Shown here one piece after another: positions 15,626-26,669 of a stretch of DNA of 64,000 nucleotides; the stretch's first letter is position 1; each line of letters begins with the position of its first letter. The notes below the pieces were generated by a model. That model was given only the letters and a program-made list of their open reading frames with translations. It searched no databases and was not told the DNA's origin. A program made the translations under genes and the position numbers. Source of the DNA: a virus; IMG/VR virus record IMGVR_UViG_3300007535_000003, positions 33,238 to 97,237 of that record; one strand, 5' to 3'.

Positions 15626-16654
15626 ATGAAGATTTCAAAGGTAATTAAGACTATCCTATTTGTAATGATTGTTATGTCTTGTGCCTCTTTTTACACTCTA
15701 TACAGCTTTTATAAAAATAATAATGATAAACTTGAATCCGCTGAAAATATTCAGGGACAAGAGTCATTAGATGCTAAAATTCTAAAAATAATCTATTTCA
15801 ATAGAGCTTTAGAATTAGCTAAAAGTACAGAGTGTATAGAAGAAGTAGAGGTAGATAATACTAACTACAGACGGGAATCAGTCGAGAGCTTTATAGGAAA
15901 ATCTATTCCTTCTAATAATAGTATAACCGTTTCTAACCTGCTCATTTACAGGAAGGAAACCCTGGTTATATATGCAGGGAATAGCAAGACTCAATTTTTC
16001 TATAAGACTCTTACAGAAAGTTACAAAGGCGCTATAAACGTCTACAAACCACTAATCCAAGTACCGGAATATTTAGGTTACTCTATAAGAGGACCTACCA
16101 GAGCAGCTATAAATAAAACTGCTAATAAACCTGACAATCAACTAAATACTATGAAGAAATGTGAATTTTCAAAGGAACAGAAAAAGAAAGTTGAAAGGGT
16201 AGCAAAGGTATTATTCGACTATAAGTACATATACATTGAGGGTAATAATCTTGTTTTCTCTCAATTTAGAAAGAGCTCGTTAGTTAGCTTATTAGCTCCC
16301 AACGAAGCTACCAAAGTACCTATATTTGAGTTGATAGTAAACGAAATCCCTAAAAAGCTAAGTACTTTTGCTTATGGGAACCAATCCTTTGCTCCTCTTT
16401 ATATGGCTGGTATTGTGTACCTCTTAAATATGCACCCGCCAGCTATAGCTGATTATGTATATCATAAGTTTATAAGGATTAGTAATAATTACAATCCCCA
16501 AGCTACGGCAAGATCAGCTATAAAAAATATCATTGATGAAGAAGAAAAAGTGAACAATAGTTCGATACTTATGAGTAAAAGGGCTAGAGATGCTGTTAAC
16601 ATGGGTGAAAGCAGTAAACTTGAAGTTGAAAGTATACTTAACATGATGCCATAG
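15626..16654 (+). CDS. hypothetical protein with N-terminal TM (possibly two genes, second start at 16151)
   Basis: 342-aa ORF; internal ATG after an AT-rich leader. Confidence 0.6.
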   Translation: MKISKVIKTILFVMIVMSCASFYTLYSFYKNNNDKLESAENIQGQESLDAKILKIIYFNRALELAKSTECIEEVEVDNTNYRRESVESFIGKSIPSNNSITVSNLLIYRKETLVIYAGNSKTQFFYKTLTESYKGAINVYKPLIQVPEYLGYSIRGPTRAAINKTANKPDNQLNTMKKCEFSKEQKKKVERVAKVLFDYKYIYIEGNNLVFSQFRKSSLVSLLAPNEATKVPIFELIVNEIPKKLSTFAYGNQSFAPLYMAGIVYLLNMHPPAIADYVYHKFIRISNNYNPQATARSAIKNIIDEEEKVNNSSILMSKRARDAVNMGESSKLEVESILNMMP

Positions 16655-16768
16655 TATACTAAAGCCCTTACCTAAACCTTTTATAGTTTATAACGTAAAA
16701 GGCCTCATAAGTTATAAGTAAAGGGCGAGTTAAGTTAACTTGCCCTATGTTTAACTAAACTACTATTT

Positions 16769-17431
16769 ATGAATAAGTTTTTTATAATCATAGCTTCTGT
16801 GATTACTATGTTTTTGCTATGTAGTCCAAAGCTAAACAAGGGCTCTTCTATACCGATAGACAAAGAAAAATCTATGGCTACTTATGAAAGATTAGTAGCT
16901 AAAGAGCAACTAAACCTAAGTAACAAGGATACAGAAATGGTCAAAGCGCTTAAAATAGCGTTAAAAGGCAAAACTCATTTATTCAATGATTCTGTTACAA
17001 ACAGGTTAAATAGGATAGCATCCACACATGGTATTAAACCTTCTTGGATTGTTTATGTCATGGTTAAAGAAAGTGGTGCCGATCCTACTAAGCAGAATGA
17101 AATATCAAATGCTACTGGCATTATTCAATTTATGCCTAGTACAGCTAGGGCACTAGGCACATCTACTAAAGAACTACTCTCTATGAATATTTATGAGCAG
17201 CTTCATTACGTAGATAAATACCTCAGTGCTATAGGAAAGTCTCATCTTATAAGATCCTATGAAGACTTATACTTAGCTATATTCTGGCCCAGAGCTTTGG
17301 GCAAGAGCCCTGATTATGTGATAAGTTCTAAGAAAAGTCTTGTAAGTAAACAAAATCCAACTATCTCTGGCGAAAGAAGGGATGGTTCTATTACAGTAAA
17401 GAGTTTTAAGAAGTATGCACTAAAATTGTAA
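16769..17431 (+). CDS. lytic transglycosylase (SLT/lysozyme-like) with N-terminal signal or anchor
   Basis: KES catalytic Glu, ATGIIQFMPSTA, EQLHYV..Y, DLYLAIFWP. Confidence 0.88.
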   Translation: MNKFFIIIASVITMFLLCSPKLNKGSSIPIDKEKSMATYERLVAKEQLNLSNKDTEMVKALKIALKGKTHLFNDSVTNRLNRIASTHGIKPSWIVYVMVKESGADPTKQNEISNATGIIQFMPSTARALGTSTKELLSMNIYEQLHYVDKYLSAIGKSHLIRSYEDLYLAIFWPRALGKSPDYVISSKKSLVSKQNPTISGERRDGSITVKSFKKYALKL

Positions 17432-17452
17432 CAAATATTGTTTATTAATAAG

Positions 17453-17490
17453 AAAATACCCGCTCAATTTAAAAGTTGGACGGGTATTTT
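17453..17490 (+). terminator. intrinsic terminator (possibly bidirectional)
   Basis: AAAATACCCG...CGGGTATTTT. Confidence 0.7.
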
Positions 17491-17508
17491 ACTTAAAAAC
17501 TTTTTATT

Positions 17509-17910
17509 ATGGAGATTACCCTAGATCTAAATGAAGCTATCAACTTTCAAAAAAAATTAAACAGCGAACTAGGTAAATTAAGGAAAAAATTACTTTGTTC
17601 CAAGGATGAAGAGGAAAGAGATAAACTGTTAGATGAATATGAATATATTTCTAACTCTCTTGTAAAGATAAAAGTTAAAATAAGGGAGAAGAATATTCAA
17701 GAAAATATATCAGAGAATATCTATAAGTTATCTGAACTGAAATCCCTAAAAGAGATTTTAGTAAAAACGAGAAAAGTAAATAGAATTAGAGAAATTGAAA
17801 AAGAAATTATAAGGTTGGAAAGATTATTAAGGGTATCTAACTCATTTACTACCATTGCTATTGATAAAGAAATGAAAAAACTTGTAAATATTTTAAATAA
17901 TACAAAATGA
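17509..17910 (+). CDS. coiled-coil hypothetical protein
   Basis: 133 aa. Confidence 0.7.
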   Translation: MEITLDLNEAINFQKKLNSELGKLRKKLLCSKDEEERDKLLDEYEYISNSLVKIKVKIREKNIQENISENIYKLSELKSLKEILVKTRKVNRIREIEKEIIRLERLLRVSNSFTTIAIDKEMKKLVNILNNTK

Positions 17911-19112
17911 ACATACAAAATAGTAAGTTGGTAATACTACACGATAGAACTGGGAAAGAAATACAGTTTAATGATAGGAGAATGATAGAATATACTATAA
18001 TCTCCATGATTAACAGTGTTGTAAATAGACCTCTAAGTGTCATAGATGCAGGCAAAGAATACTATGGATTATTGAATTTAGCTGCAGGAAAACCTCTATT
18101 AGAAGGAGTAGATATAGGCTCTACTTTAAGTAGAAATCCTATCAAACTAGTTAAGATGCTTGAAGGTACAGATGGTACAGTAATTAAGGAAGCTGAGAAT
18201 AAAGCTTCTCAAATAGCTAATATAATTATGGACAAAGGTGATAAAGACACTAGTTTAACTTCTTCCTTTTTTAGCTATTTTTTAGGAGAATTAACACCCT
18301 ATATGCTAAACAACAATATCCTTATTCCTTGTTATGATTATAGAAGCCCTGCAGTTGTTATCCATAACTTAGTAGGTAAAGAAGATTCACTAGATACATC
18401 CAGTATTGATAAGATTATAAATACTTTTAAGAAAATAGAAGTATATTTAGCTTGTCTACATAATACTAATAAAATTGAAGAAAAAAGAACAGTTGGGAAA
18501 GTTGGAGAAAAGTACAGATCTAAGTTCAAGGATATATTAAAGAACATTGCACGTGATAAAGTACCTAAGAGAGCTGATATGTACGACCCTAAAAATATTA
18601 AACATATATTAGATTTGTACTCATTATCTGAGGAATTCCTTAGGGAACAATGTATAGAAGCAAACAAAGTAAATATAGAAGAAATTGATAAATCTATAAA
18701 TAAGATTGATAAACAAGAGAACATATCAAAGGTACTATTAACATCTGAAGAAGGGTCAGAGGATAATAAAGATGACTACAACCTTACAATTAATTTAACA
18801 GATACTTTTAAAGAAGACTTAAGGACAATATATGAAAGTATTGAAGATAAAGAACAGGCATTTGATTTAAGTCTTTTTATTATTAATTATTTGAGAATTA
18901 ATTCCTTGATGGGAGATTATACTGATACAACAACGTTATTTTCTAAGTTAGATACAGGTAAGAGTATTACTACATATTCAGACTTATATGAAATGTTAAC
19001 TTCTGTAACTAGGGATTATTTAGATACAAAGTCCTATTTAAATGAAGTATCTAACAAAATCCCAAAAAGTATTTTACAATTCTCTAAAAACTTATTGAAA
19101 CAAAATACGTAA
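17907..19112 (+). CDS. hypothetical protein
   Basis: 401-aa ORF. Confidence 0.75.
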   Translation: MNIQNSKLVILHDRTGKEIQFNDRRMIEYTIISMINSVVNRPLSVIDAGKEYYGLLNLAAGKPLLEGVDIGSTLSRNPIKLVKMLEGTDGTVIKEAENKASQIANIIMDKGDKDTSLTSSFFSYFLGELTPYMLNNNILIPCYDYRSPAVVIHNLVGKEDSLDTSSIDKIINTFKKIEVYLACLHNTNKIEEKRTVGKVGEKYRSKFKDILKNIARDKVPKRADMYDPKNIKHILDLYSLSEEFLREQCIEANKVNIEEIDKSINKIDKQENISKVLLTSEEGSEDNKDDYNLTINLTDTFKEDLRTIYESIEDKEQAFDLSLFIINYLRINSLMGDYTDTTTLFSKLDTGKSITTYSDLYEMLTSVTRDYLDTKSYLNEVSNKIPKSILQFSKNLLKQNT

Positions 19113-19294
19113 TGTATATAAAAGCATATAGGAAAGTTTCAAACAAATGTAAGACATGTGGGGGTGAAGGAAAAATTACCAACAAAAGGTATAGTTGGCA
19201 TAAAAATACTTGTCCTACATGTAGAGGTGAAGGAATAACGACTAGAGAAGAGGAAGTAAAGATTCCTCTTAGTCATCTTAATGATTATACCTAA
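19112..19294 (+). CDS. DnaJ-type zinc-finger protein
   Basis: Two CxxCxGxG repeats. Confidence 0.75.
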   Translation: MYIKAYRKVSNKCKTCGGEGKITNKRYSWHKNTCPTCRGEGITTREEEVKIPLSHLNDYT

Positions 19295-19747
19295 ATGGTA
19301 ATTTGTGTAATTGATAAAACTCACAGTAGAAGTAAAGATTTATATGAAAGATTGAAAGAGGAGTATACTGAAGGTAGGGTACTCTATTTAGCTTCTATCG
19401 ATAAGGTAGAAGAAGTCGCTACGATGCTAAAGATGTCAAAGAACTTTGGCTTAGCTAAAGAAGTAGAAAAAATTTGGCAAAGTTATAACGAAGCTATAGC
19501 AGATAATATCATAGACTATATTAAACATTTTAAGAACGAAGAAGATATAGTACTAGTCAATGTAACAAGTGAAAAGGATAGAGCTCTGTTTGTTGAAAGA
19601 TGCTCATTTGATGTGCATTCTATATTCTTGGAAGGAGCTCCTAAGAGCTACATACATGACACTGTACTAAACATAAGGATGAATATGACTTTACAAACTA
19701 GTAAGTACGATGATATATCTGCTAACAAAGAAGAAAGTACTGTTTAA
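19295..19747 (+). CDS. hypothetical protein
   Basis: 150-aa ORF. Confidence 0.65.
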   Translation: MVICVIDKTHSRSKDLYERLKEEYTEGRVLYLASIDKVEEVATMLKMSKNFGLAKEVEKIWQSYNEAIADNIIDYIKHFKNEEDIVLVNVTSEKDRALFVERCSFDVHSIFLEGAPKSYIHDTVLNIRMNMTLQTSKYDDISANKEESTV

Positions 19748-21683
19748 AGATGGTGATATTAACTACAGTACTAAAATATCAGAGGTTATATCTGATTTAA
19801 AGGAACAGAAAGTAATTGCCCTAGATATAGAAACTAATGGATTTGATACCTTGACTAACAAAGTATTAATGCTCCAGTTAGGTACTAGAGAAGGTAACCA
19901 ATATGTTATAGATTCTAGGGATTATGATATAAGTAAATTCAAGGAAATATTAGAGGATAGTAGTAAAGTATTTGTAGGCCATAATATAAAGTTTGATTAT
20001 AATTCCTTAAAGAAGCACAATATAGTATTAAGTAGGGTATATGATACTATGCTGTCAGATATTGTAATATATAACGGCTATTACTCTAAAGATTATATTA
20101 AGAAAAACAAGAGATTCTCATTAGCAGGTGTGTACAAACATCACTTTAATAAAGCCATTGAGAAAGAAACTAGGGATACTTTTAAAACAATAGGCAGCAC
20201 ACCATTTAGCTACTCTCAAGTACTCTACGGAGCTAATGATGTTAAGTACCCATTAGAGATAATGAAGGTTCAAAGAAATTTACTAAATGAATTTGATTTG
20301 GTAGAATGTGCTAAGTTAGAGAATAAAGTTACTTTGGCTTTAGCTGATATAGAGTATAATGGTTTTTATCTCAATAGGGACAAGTGGGGAAAAGTAGCTA
20401 AGGAGTATAGTAGAAAAGTTAAGGAAACTACTGACAAATTAGATAGAATACTGATAAGTAAGGATAAATCATATAAGAAAAAGTATTACCAAAAAGATTT
20501 ATTCGATGAACAGTATGAAGATAAGAGGTTCACAGTAGTTAATTGGGATAGTCCCCAACAGGTATATGAAATATTAACAAATGTATTTGACATATATCTT
20601 GTAGATAAGCATGGTAAACCTTCTACTAGTACTAAAGCTATAGAATATTTAACAAGTACCCATGAAATTACTGATAAACTATTACAATATAGGCAAGAAA
20701 GTAAGGCTTTAAATGCTTTTGGGGAAAACTTTGCTAGAGATTCTACAGATAAGGAAGGTAGGATACACACTAAATTTACTCAAATTGTGGAGACTGGTAG
20801 AGTTAGTTCTAGCAAACCTAATTTACAACAGATTCCTAGCTCTAAATTATTTAGGGAATGCTTTGAAGCCCCTAAAGGTAGGAAGATAATTACTGCAGAC
20901 TATAGTACTCAAGAGGGCCGTATTATGGCTGATCAGTCCAAAGATGAAGCTTATGTAGATTTCTTTAAGAATGGGGGCGGTGACGCCCACAGTTTTGTAG
21001 CAACTAAGATGTTTTCAGCTAAATTTGGTAAAGAATTCATAGTAACTAAGTACAATGAGAATAAGGAGTATAGACAACAAGGTAAGAAATTAAACTTCTC
21101 TATATCTTATGGTGGTACTGCCTTTTCTTTATCAAAGAGTTTGAAGATATCGGTGGAGGAAGCTCAGGAGCTCATAAACGCCTTTTTTAGAGGATTTAAG
21201 CAACTCAAAGAGTATTTTGATACTAACTCCCGTTTCGGCCTAAACAACGGCTATATTCGCACTAATACGATCACTAAGCGTAGGAGGTGGTTTCAAGAAT
21301 ATGAAGATTATTTAGTGTATAAGGAAAGAGCTAATCAGTCTGATAGATCTTTAGATTATTATAAGAGGTATAAGACTCTAGAGGGATCTATTGGTAGGAA
21401 GTCACAAAATACACCTGTTCAGGGTACTGCAGGGGATATGACTAAACAAGCTTTAGTGTATATTAGGGATAAACTATTAGAGAACGGTGTAAAACCACTG
21501 TCTAGTGCTGAAGCTAAGTTGGTTAGTGTGGTACACGATGAATGTAGCTTAGAGGTAGTAGAAGGTAAAGCTGAATTCTACGCTAAGATACAAAGGGAAG
21601 CTATGGAGAAAGCTGCTAATCTACTCACTGAAGATCTAGATATTCCTGTAGATCAAGAGATAGGAGATCATTGGTCTCATTAA
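19710..21683 (+). CDS. polA: family A DNA polymerase with 3'-5' exonuclease
   Basis: DIETNG and HNIKFD exonuclease motifs; TGRVSSSKPNLQQIP; DYSTQEGR (motif A); RQQGKKLNFSISYG (B); VHDE (C). Confidence 0.97.
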   Translation: MIYLLTKKKVLFKDGDINYSTKISEVISDLKEQKVIALDIETNGFDTLTNKVLMLQLGTREGNQYVIDSRDYDISKFKEILEDSSKVFVGHNIKFDYNSLKKHNIVLSRVYDTMLSDIVIYNGYYSKDYIKKNKRFSLAGVYKHHFNKAIEKETRDTFKTIGSTPFSYSQVLYGANDVKYPLEIMKVQRNLLNEFDLVECAKLENKVTLALADIEYNGFYLNRDKWGKVAKEYSRKVKETTDKLDRILISKDKSYKKKYYQKDLFDEQYEDKRFTVVNWDSPQQVYEILTNVFDIYLVDKHGKPSTSTKAIEYLTSTHEITDKLLQYRQESKALNAFGENFARDSTDKEGRIHTKFTQIVETGRVSSSKPNLQQIPSSKLFRECFEAPKGRKIITADYSTQEGRIMADQSKDEAYVDFFKNGGGDAHSFVATKMFSAKFGKEFIVTKYNENKEYRQQGKKLNFSISYGGTAFSLSKSLKISVEEAQELINAFFRGFKQLKEYFDTNSRFGLNNGYIRTNTITKRRRWFQEYEDYLVYKERANQSDRSLDYYKRYKTLEGSIGRKSQNTPVQGTAGDMTKQALVYIRDKLLENGVKPLSSAEAKLVSVVHDECSLEVVEGKAEFYAKIQREAMEKAANLLTEDLDIPVDQEIGDHWSH

Positions 21684-21695
21684 TTTAAACTTATT

Positions 21696-22121
21696 ATGAA
21701 TAAAATTAAAATTAGATATAAAAATACATTTACAAAGCCTATCAGTTATCATAGTTTATCAAAAGAATGGTATATATTCTTACCTAATAATTTAATTAAG
21801 CTATTTAAATATGGAATAAAATATCCCATTTTATATTGGTTTAATAAAAAGCATTATACAGGTATATGTGAATGTGGCCATAATTTCAGTGAACATCACC
21901 ATGGTGTTATTATGAATGTAGATTCGTTATACTACCCATTACAAGTAAATGGGGTTATAGGTCAAGAATGTGAGCATAACGGCTTTAATGGTGAAAAATG
22001 GGCTGATGAAGATGGTAGTATCTGTAGGTGTAATAGCTACGTAGACAAAGGCTGGATATTCAGGAAGAATAAAGATTATAAATTCAGATTGCATGGAAAA
22101 ATTGGACGATCTAAAACCTAA
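21696..22121 (+). CDS. Cys/His-rich hypothetical protein
   Basis: CECGH..EHH...C...CRC. Confidence 0.6.
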   Translation: MNKIKIRYKNTFTKPISYHSLSKEWYIFLPNNLIKLFKYGIKYPILYWFNKKHYTGICECGHNFSEHHHGVIMNVDSLYYPLQVNGVIGQECEHNGFNGEKWADEDGSICRCNSYVDKGWIFRKNKDYKFRLHGKIGRSKT

Positions 22122-22407
22122 GCAGATAAAGGAAGAGGACTTTGATGCTTATGTAGATATATATGATAAAAAGTATACATGGTTCTACAAAAATAAGGTA
22201 TTGCTTATAGAGAAAAAAGGAGGTGAATTTGAATTTCTTGAGTGGCATGCCCACAATGGACCTGTATATGATTTAAGCTTGTCTACAGTAAGGTGGCTTG
22301 TAGATAAAAAGAAGATAAATTCAAAACGTATCAAATTAGTATTAAAATTAGCAGGAAATGAACAATCAGACTCTAACAGAACCAGTATCAGAAATAGGGG
22401 CAACTAG
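22093..22407 (+). CDS. hypothetical protein
   Basis: 104-aa ORF. Confidence 0.6.
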   Translation: MEKLDDLKPKQIKEEDFDAYVDIYDKKYTWFYKNKVLLIEKKGGEFEFLEWHAHNGPVYDLSLSTVRWLVDKKKINSKRIKLVLKLAGNEQSDSNRTSIRNRGN

Positions 22408-22744
22408 ATTGTTATTGGATATAGTAAGGGATAATCTACCTAAGGAATATAATAAAGACTATGAGTCATTGAACAATGCTGTAGATAAGATAACACCTGA
22501 AAGACTATCTTCTACAAGACATTTAAAGACTTGTGATGAACTGTTTAGACGAAGAATCTTACTTACTATTCATACACCTTATAACAGCTCCTATGACAAT
22601 CTCTTGCTTAAACAAGAGAAAGTTAAAAGAAATGCACTTCCTCGATTTATAGAGGAATATGTGAGAAAGAGAGGTACTAAGCATAAAAGGCTTTCACATT
22701 TTGAAAGAGAAGGTAAGGTCTTTTGTGTTAAACACTACAAGTAG
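22358..22744 (+). CDS. hypothetical protein
   Basis: 128-aa ORF. Confidence 0.6.
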   Translation: MNNQTLTEPVSEIGATRLLLDIVRDNLPKEYNKDYESLNNAVDKITPERLSSTRHLKTCDELFRRRILLTIHTPYNSSYDNLLLKQEKVKRNALPRFIEEYVRKRGTKHKRLSHFEREGKVFCVKHYK

Positions 22745-22746
22745 AT

Positions 22747-23310
22747 ATGAATATTGATATTGAAGTACTTAAAGATTACAAACTTACCCCTAATGAATAC
22801 GTAGTAGCACACACAGTGCAGAATAAAAACTACAAGGACTTTAGGGCATTAAGTAAATTAATACAAATGGATGATATTCTTCGTAGCTTAGAGAAAAAGG
22901 GATTTATTAAAGTTCCTGAAGAAGAAGGCATAAGCTTAGATGATATCACAGTGAGAAATAAGTTACTATTTGTATTTGACGAAAGAGACTATTTTGATGA
23001 TATATATGAAGAATACCCTGTCAAGGTTATAAGACCTGATGGTGTAAAAGATTATCTTAGAGCAGATGTAAAAAGGAGTAGAAAGATATACTATAATAAG
23101 GTAAATAGCTCTAGAAAAAGACATGAGAAAATATTGAAAGCCCTAAGATTTGAAAAAGAAATTAGGGAAAAAGAAAACTCGTGGAAATACATGAAAAAAT
23201 TGCCTAAATGGCTCTCATCTGAAGAATGGAAAGTATTTGAAGAGAGGATGAGAGATGAACAGCAGGAAAAAAGTAATAAAAAACCTGAGTATGGCCAACA
23301 ACTCAAATAG
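22747..23310 (+). CDS. putative replication initiator or helicase-loader-like protein
   Basis: HTH-like N-terminus, FDDIYEEYP and KWL..E.W motifs, directly upstream of DnaB. Confidence 0.55.
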   Translation: MNIDIEVLKDYKLTPNEYVVAHTVQNKNYKDFRALSKLIQMDDILRSLEKKGFIKVPEEEGISLDDITVRNKLLFVFDERDYFDDIYEEYPVKVIRPDGVKDYLRADVKRSRKIYYNKVNSSRKRHEKILKALRFEKEIREKENSWKYMKKLPKWLSSEEWKVFEERMRDEQQEKSNKKPEYGQQLK

Positions 23311-24241
23311 AGTGTTGCATTATAAACAAATTGCCCTACCCGCCAGGGAAATTATTCAGTATATGGATAAAAGACGGAAAGGGGATATTACTTCGTTAAA
23401 GACTAAGTGGAAAAAGTTTAATGATCAGTGTATGGGAGGTATTGAGCCAAATAGTATCTACACTATAGCAGGCATATCAGGAAGTGGTAAATCAGCATTT
23501 GCCAACAGTCTAGAAACTGACCTATTCGACCAGAATCCCAATGAAAACTTTGTTGTACTTTCCTTCAATTTCGAGATGTTAGCTTCAAAGCAAGTGGGGA
23601 GGAAGCTGTCATACAAATTAGATAAAACAACACAAGAGCTTTATAGCGGCTTGTCCAACCACAAACTATCAGAATTTGACTACCACAAAGCTATTGAAGA
23701 AGCTAAAAAAATTAAAGATCTACCTATATATTATGTAGATACCCCTGGAACGGTCTCTCAGATTAGAGAGACTATCACTGATTTTTCCAATAGAGTCGCT
23801 AAAGATAGGTGGCTCATAATATTACTCGATCACACCTTGTTAACAAGAGGTAAACAAGGTGAAAAAGAAAGGGAGACATTAGCTGAATTACAGTATATGT
23901 TCATGGAAATTAAGAAGTATGACCAAAATACTATAATTCAGTTGTCTCAAATGAACAGAGAGATAGAAGCTAAAGAAAGGATTATGGTTAATACTATGCA
24001 TTTTCCGGTGCGTAGGGATATATTTGGTGGTGATTCTGTATTTCAAGCATCAGATTATCTTTTAGTGCTGCATAGGCCAGAAATGCTTAATATCTCCTCG
24101 TATGGGCCTGAAGGTTGGCCTACCAAAGATCTCATTTACATGCACTTTTTAAAAGTGCGAGAAGGAAACCCAAGTATTTTAGTTTTTAAGAATAACTTAA
24201 AGTACAATAAGATTGAAGATTATAACCTTAAAGATTCGTAA
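23290..24241 (+). CDS. dnaB: DnaB-like replicative helicase
   Basis: Walker A GISGSGKS, FEM, LDH, LSQMNR, KVREG; likely start MANNS. Confidence 0.92.
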
Positions 24242-24297
24242 TACTGACTGTATCAAAAAACAGAAGTATTACTAGTCGAATTTCTAAATTTGAGACA

Positions 24298-24783
24298 ATG
24301 AACAAAAAATTGTCATTTGTAGTCGATATGACTAAGCCCGTTAGTAACAACTTTGCTGAAAACGAAGGCACTTTCGACTATTATAAGCGAGCTTTAGTAC
24401 GTAACGTAAAGAAACTCGGACTTACTATTTCTGGTGAAGATCGCCCAGAAATACGTCGGGGTGTTGACCAGGCAGGATTCGGTAATGTACTTACCGTTGG
24501 TACCTCCCGCACCCACGATATGGAATGGATCGAACGCATGGATTACGTGTGCGAAAAAGGATATACTCCCGTATTGAATCTGATTAAGGACTGGGACTTA
24601 ATCAGCAGGAAGCTGGTAGAGTATTACAAAGACAAATACCAGATGGATCTCAAATATGGTTCTACCGTCTCATTCCACGACGGTTTTGTCAAGATTGGGA
24701 CTGAACTGGTAACCAATCGTGAGCTTGATAAGATCATTGACAAGCTTGATGATATGGTACGTAGGGGATATCTCTACAGATAG
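24298..24783 (+). CDS. hypothetical protein
   Basis: 161 aa, C-ending codon bias, followed by a terminator-like hairpin at 24806-24840. Confidence 0.7.
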   Translation: MNKKLSFVVDMTKPVSNNFAENEGTFDYYKRALVRNVKKLGLTISGEDRPEIRRGVDQAGFGNVLTVGTSRTHDMEWIERMDYVCEKGYTPVLNLIKDWDLISRKLVEYYKDKYQMDLKYGSTVSFHDGFVKIGTELVTNRELDKIIDKLDDMVRRGYLYR

Positions 24784-24859
24784 TAAGTGATTAAAGATAT
24801 AATATGCTTAGGGGTTGTATATCTTCCCCTAAGCTTATTTAACTATAAAACATATTAAT

Positions 24860-25294
24860 ATGATTGAACAAGGAACTACTAAAGAAGATCTTATAGGTAA
24901 AAAGCTCAGAGTAGAGAAAAACACTGGTATGCATAACTATGGCCCAAAAGGAGCTATCTTATATGTAAACAAGAGTACCGCTGTTAATAACAACACTATA
25001 ACAGGAGCTATAAAAGAAGACGGAACGAAGGGAAACTCTATTCTTTTCAGTGAAGTATCAATAGTAGACGAATCTATAAGTGGCCTAAAAAAAGATAAAG
25101 ATAAACTTATTGAAGATAAAATAGATATTGAAGATAAAATATGTAACATAGACGAAAAAATTGAGTTTATGAAAGTACAAGGATTATCTAAATTCAATGA
25201 AGAAGAGTATAAAGTATTTAAAGTTCTACAAGAGTTAAAGACCTATAAAACAGATATGGAATTAGCTAAATCCGTAGCTAAAATAATAAAATAA
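24860..25294 (+). CDS. hypothetical protein
   Basis: 144 aa with coiled coil. Confidence 0.7.
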   Translation: MIEQGTTKEDLIGKKLRVEKNTGMHNYGPKGAILYVNKSTAVNNNTITGAIKEDGTKGNSILFSEVSIVDESISGLKKDKDKLIEDKIDIEDKICNIDEKIEFMKVQGLSKFNEEEYKVFKVLQELKTYKTDMELAKSVAKIIK

Positions 25295-25295
25295 T

Positions 25296-25943
25296 ATGGC
25301 TAGAGAAGCTTATAATATTGCAGTTACAGGTAATAGTGGGAGAGGTAAAAGTTATTCTCTGCGAAATTTAGATCCTGAAACAACTGGTTTTATAAATATG
25401 GAAGCAAAGCCTCTACCATTTAAGAACAACTTCAAATTTTATTACGTCCCAAAAGATTGGAACGACGCTTATAATAAATTAATAGAATATGCCAAAAATG
25501 ACAGTGTAAAAACAGTTGTACTTGAAAGTTTCACTCAGTATATGGACAGTGTACTAAAAGCATCTAGGGAGATTAAGAAAGGTTTCGATATATGGAACTT
25601 CTACAATCAAAAAATAGGTGAATTAAACTATATAATAAAAAGGTATCCTAAAGATATTATAGTTACTGCACATACTGAGAAAGTTGAAACTGACAATGGA
25701 GTGGTAGAAGAACGCATATTCGTAAAAGGAAAGGAATGGAAAAGCGATATAGAAAAAGACTATACAATTGTACTATACGCCGATGCCAAAATATCAGATT
25801 CTTCCAAACGTGACTACTTCTTCAGATTAAATACGGATGGTATAATTAATGCAAAGACTCCGCCTATGTTGTTTGAGGATCAGGAAACAATCCCCAATGA
25901 CGTCAAAGAAGTATTAGACGAATTAGACAGAGTATTTAATTAA
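25296..25943 (+). CDS. AAA_24/Sak4-like P-loop ATPase (recombination-associated)
   Basis: GNSGRGKS Walker A, AKTPPMLF, adjacent to SSB. Confidence 0.85.
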   Translation: MAREAYNIAVTGNSGRGKSYSLRNLDPETTGFINMEAKPLPFKNNFKFYYVPKDWNDAYNKLIEYAKNDSVKTVVLESFTQYMDSVLKASREIKKGFDIWNFYNQKIGELNYIIKRYPKDIIVTAHTEKVETDNGVVEERIFVKGKEWKSDIEKDYTIVLYADAKISDSSKRDYFFRLNTDGIINAKTPPMLFEDQETIPNDVKEVLDELDRVFN

Positions 25944-25962
25944 TTAAACACAGATATATATT

Positions 25963-26571
25963 ATGCCATTATACGACATGACCAAAGATGTTCAAAAAGA
26001 GGGTAACGGTAGTGCTTATTTGGAAGCTGGTATTCATGAAAACATCGTGCTAAGTGATGTATCATATAACGAATCTAGGAATGGTAACAAATTTCTAGCT
26101 TTCTATTTCTCCGATGAGAATGGGAATCAAGTACCTAAAACAGAATGGGAACCCAATGGAGAGAATCAAGAAAGCAAAGTTAATAAACAACTAGCTAGAA
26201 TAAAGCATATTGCCGTAAACTCAGGTATTTTGAGCGAAGATGAGTTCGTCTTCAAAGCAGAAGATTTTGAGAGTTTCGCTAAACAAGTAGTTGAGAAACT
26301 AAAATCTAAACAAGATCAATGGAAAGATCATAAGCTTAGGGTAAAAGTAGTATATGATTTTAACAACTATACAACTTTGCCTAGCTACGCTAAATTTGAT
26401 TGGCTAGAAAATATGAATATACCTGCGGATCAATCAAAGATTAAGATCTTGCCTATAGATAAAATGGAGAGAGATAAACCTGATTCTACTCAGACTTCAT
26501 CTAACCCATTTGATAGTAATACCCAGGAACAGGGTAAGAGTTCAAAGACTGATGAAAATGTTCCATTCTAA
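25963..26571 (+). CDS. putative single-stranded DNA-binding protein
   Basis: OB-like N-terminus, acidic tail ending DENVPF. Confidence 0.7.
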   Translation: MPLYDMTKDVQKEGNGSAYLEAGIHENIVLSDVSYNESRNGNKFLAFYFSDENGNQVPKTEWEPNGENQESKVNKQLARIKHIAVNSGILSEDEFVFKAEDFESFAKQVVEKLKSKQDQWKDHKLRVKVVYDFNNYTTLPSYAKFDWLENMNIPADQSKIKILPIDKMERDKPDSTQTSSNPFDSNTQEQGKSSKTDENVPF

Positions 26572-26615
26572 ATTAGCATATAATATCCCTCTTCGGAGGG
26601 TACATATATATACCC

Positions 26616-26648
26616 AGGGCTTTGTTTTACAACAAGGCCCTATTTTTT
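26616..26648 (+). terminator. intrinsic terminator
   Basis: AGGGCTTTGTT/AACAAGGCCCT stem followed by a T-run. Confidence 0.75.
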
Positions 26649-26669
26649 GCTAGCTCAAGTATAATAACA

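Noticed and set aside
16080-16100. IRGP in a TM-led protein as a SecM-like ribosome arrest motif
   Set aside because: The sequence is IRGPT, not RAGP, RAPP or RGPP, and the frame continues; too weak.
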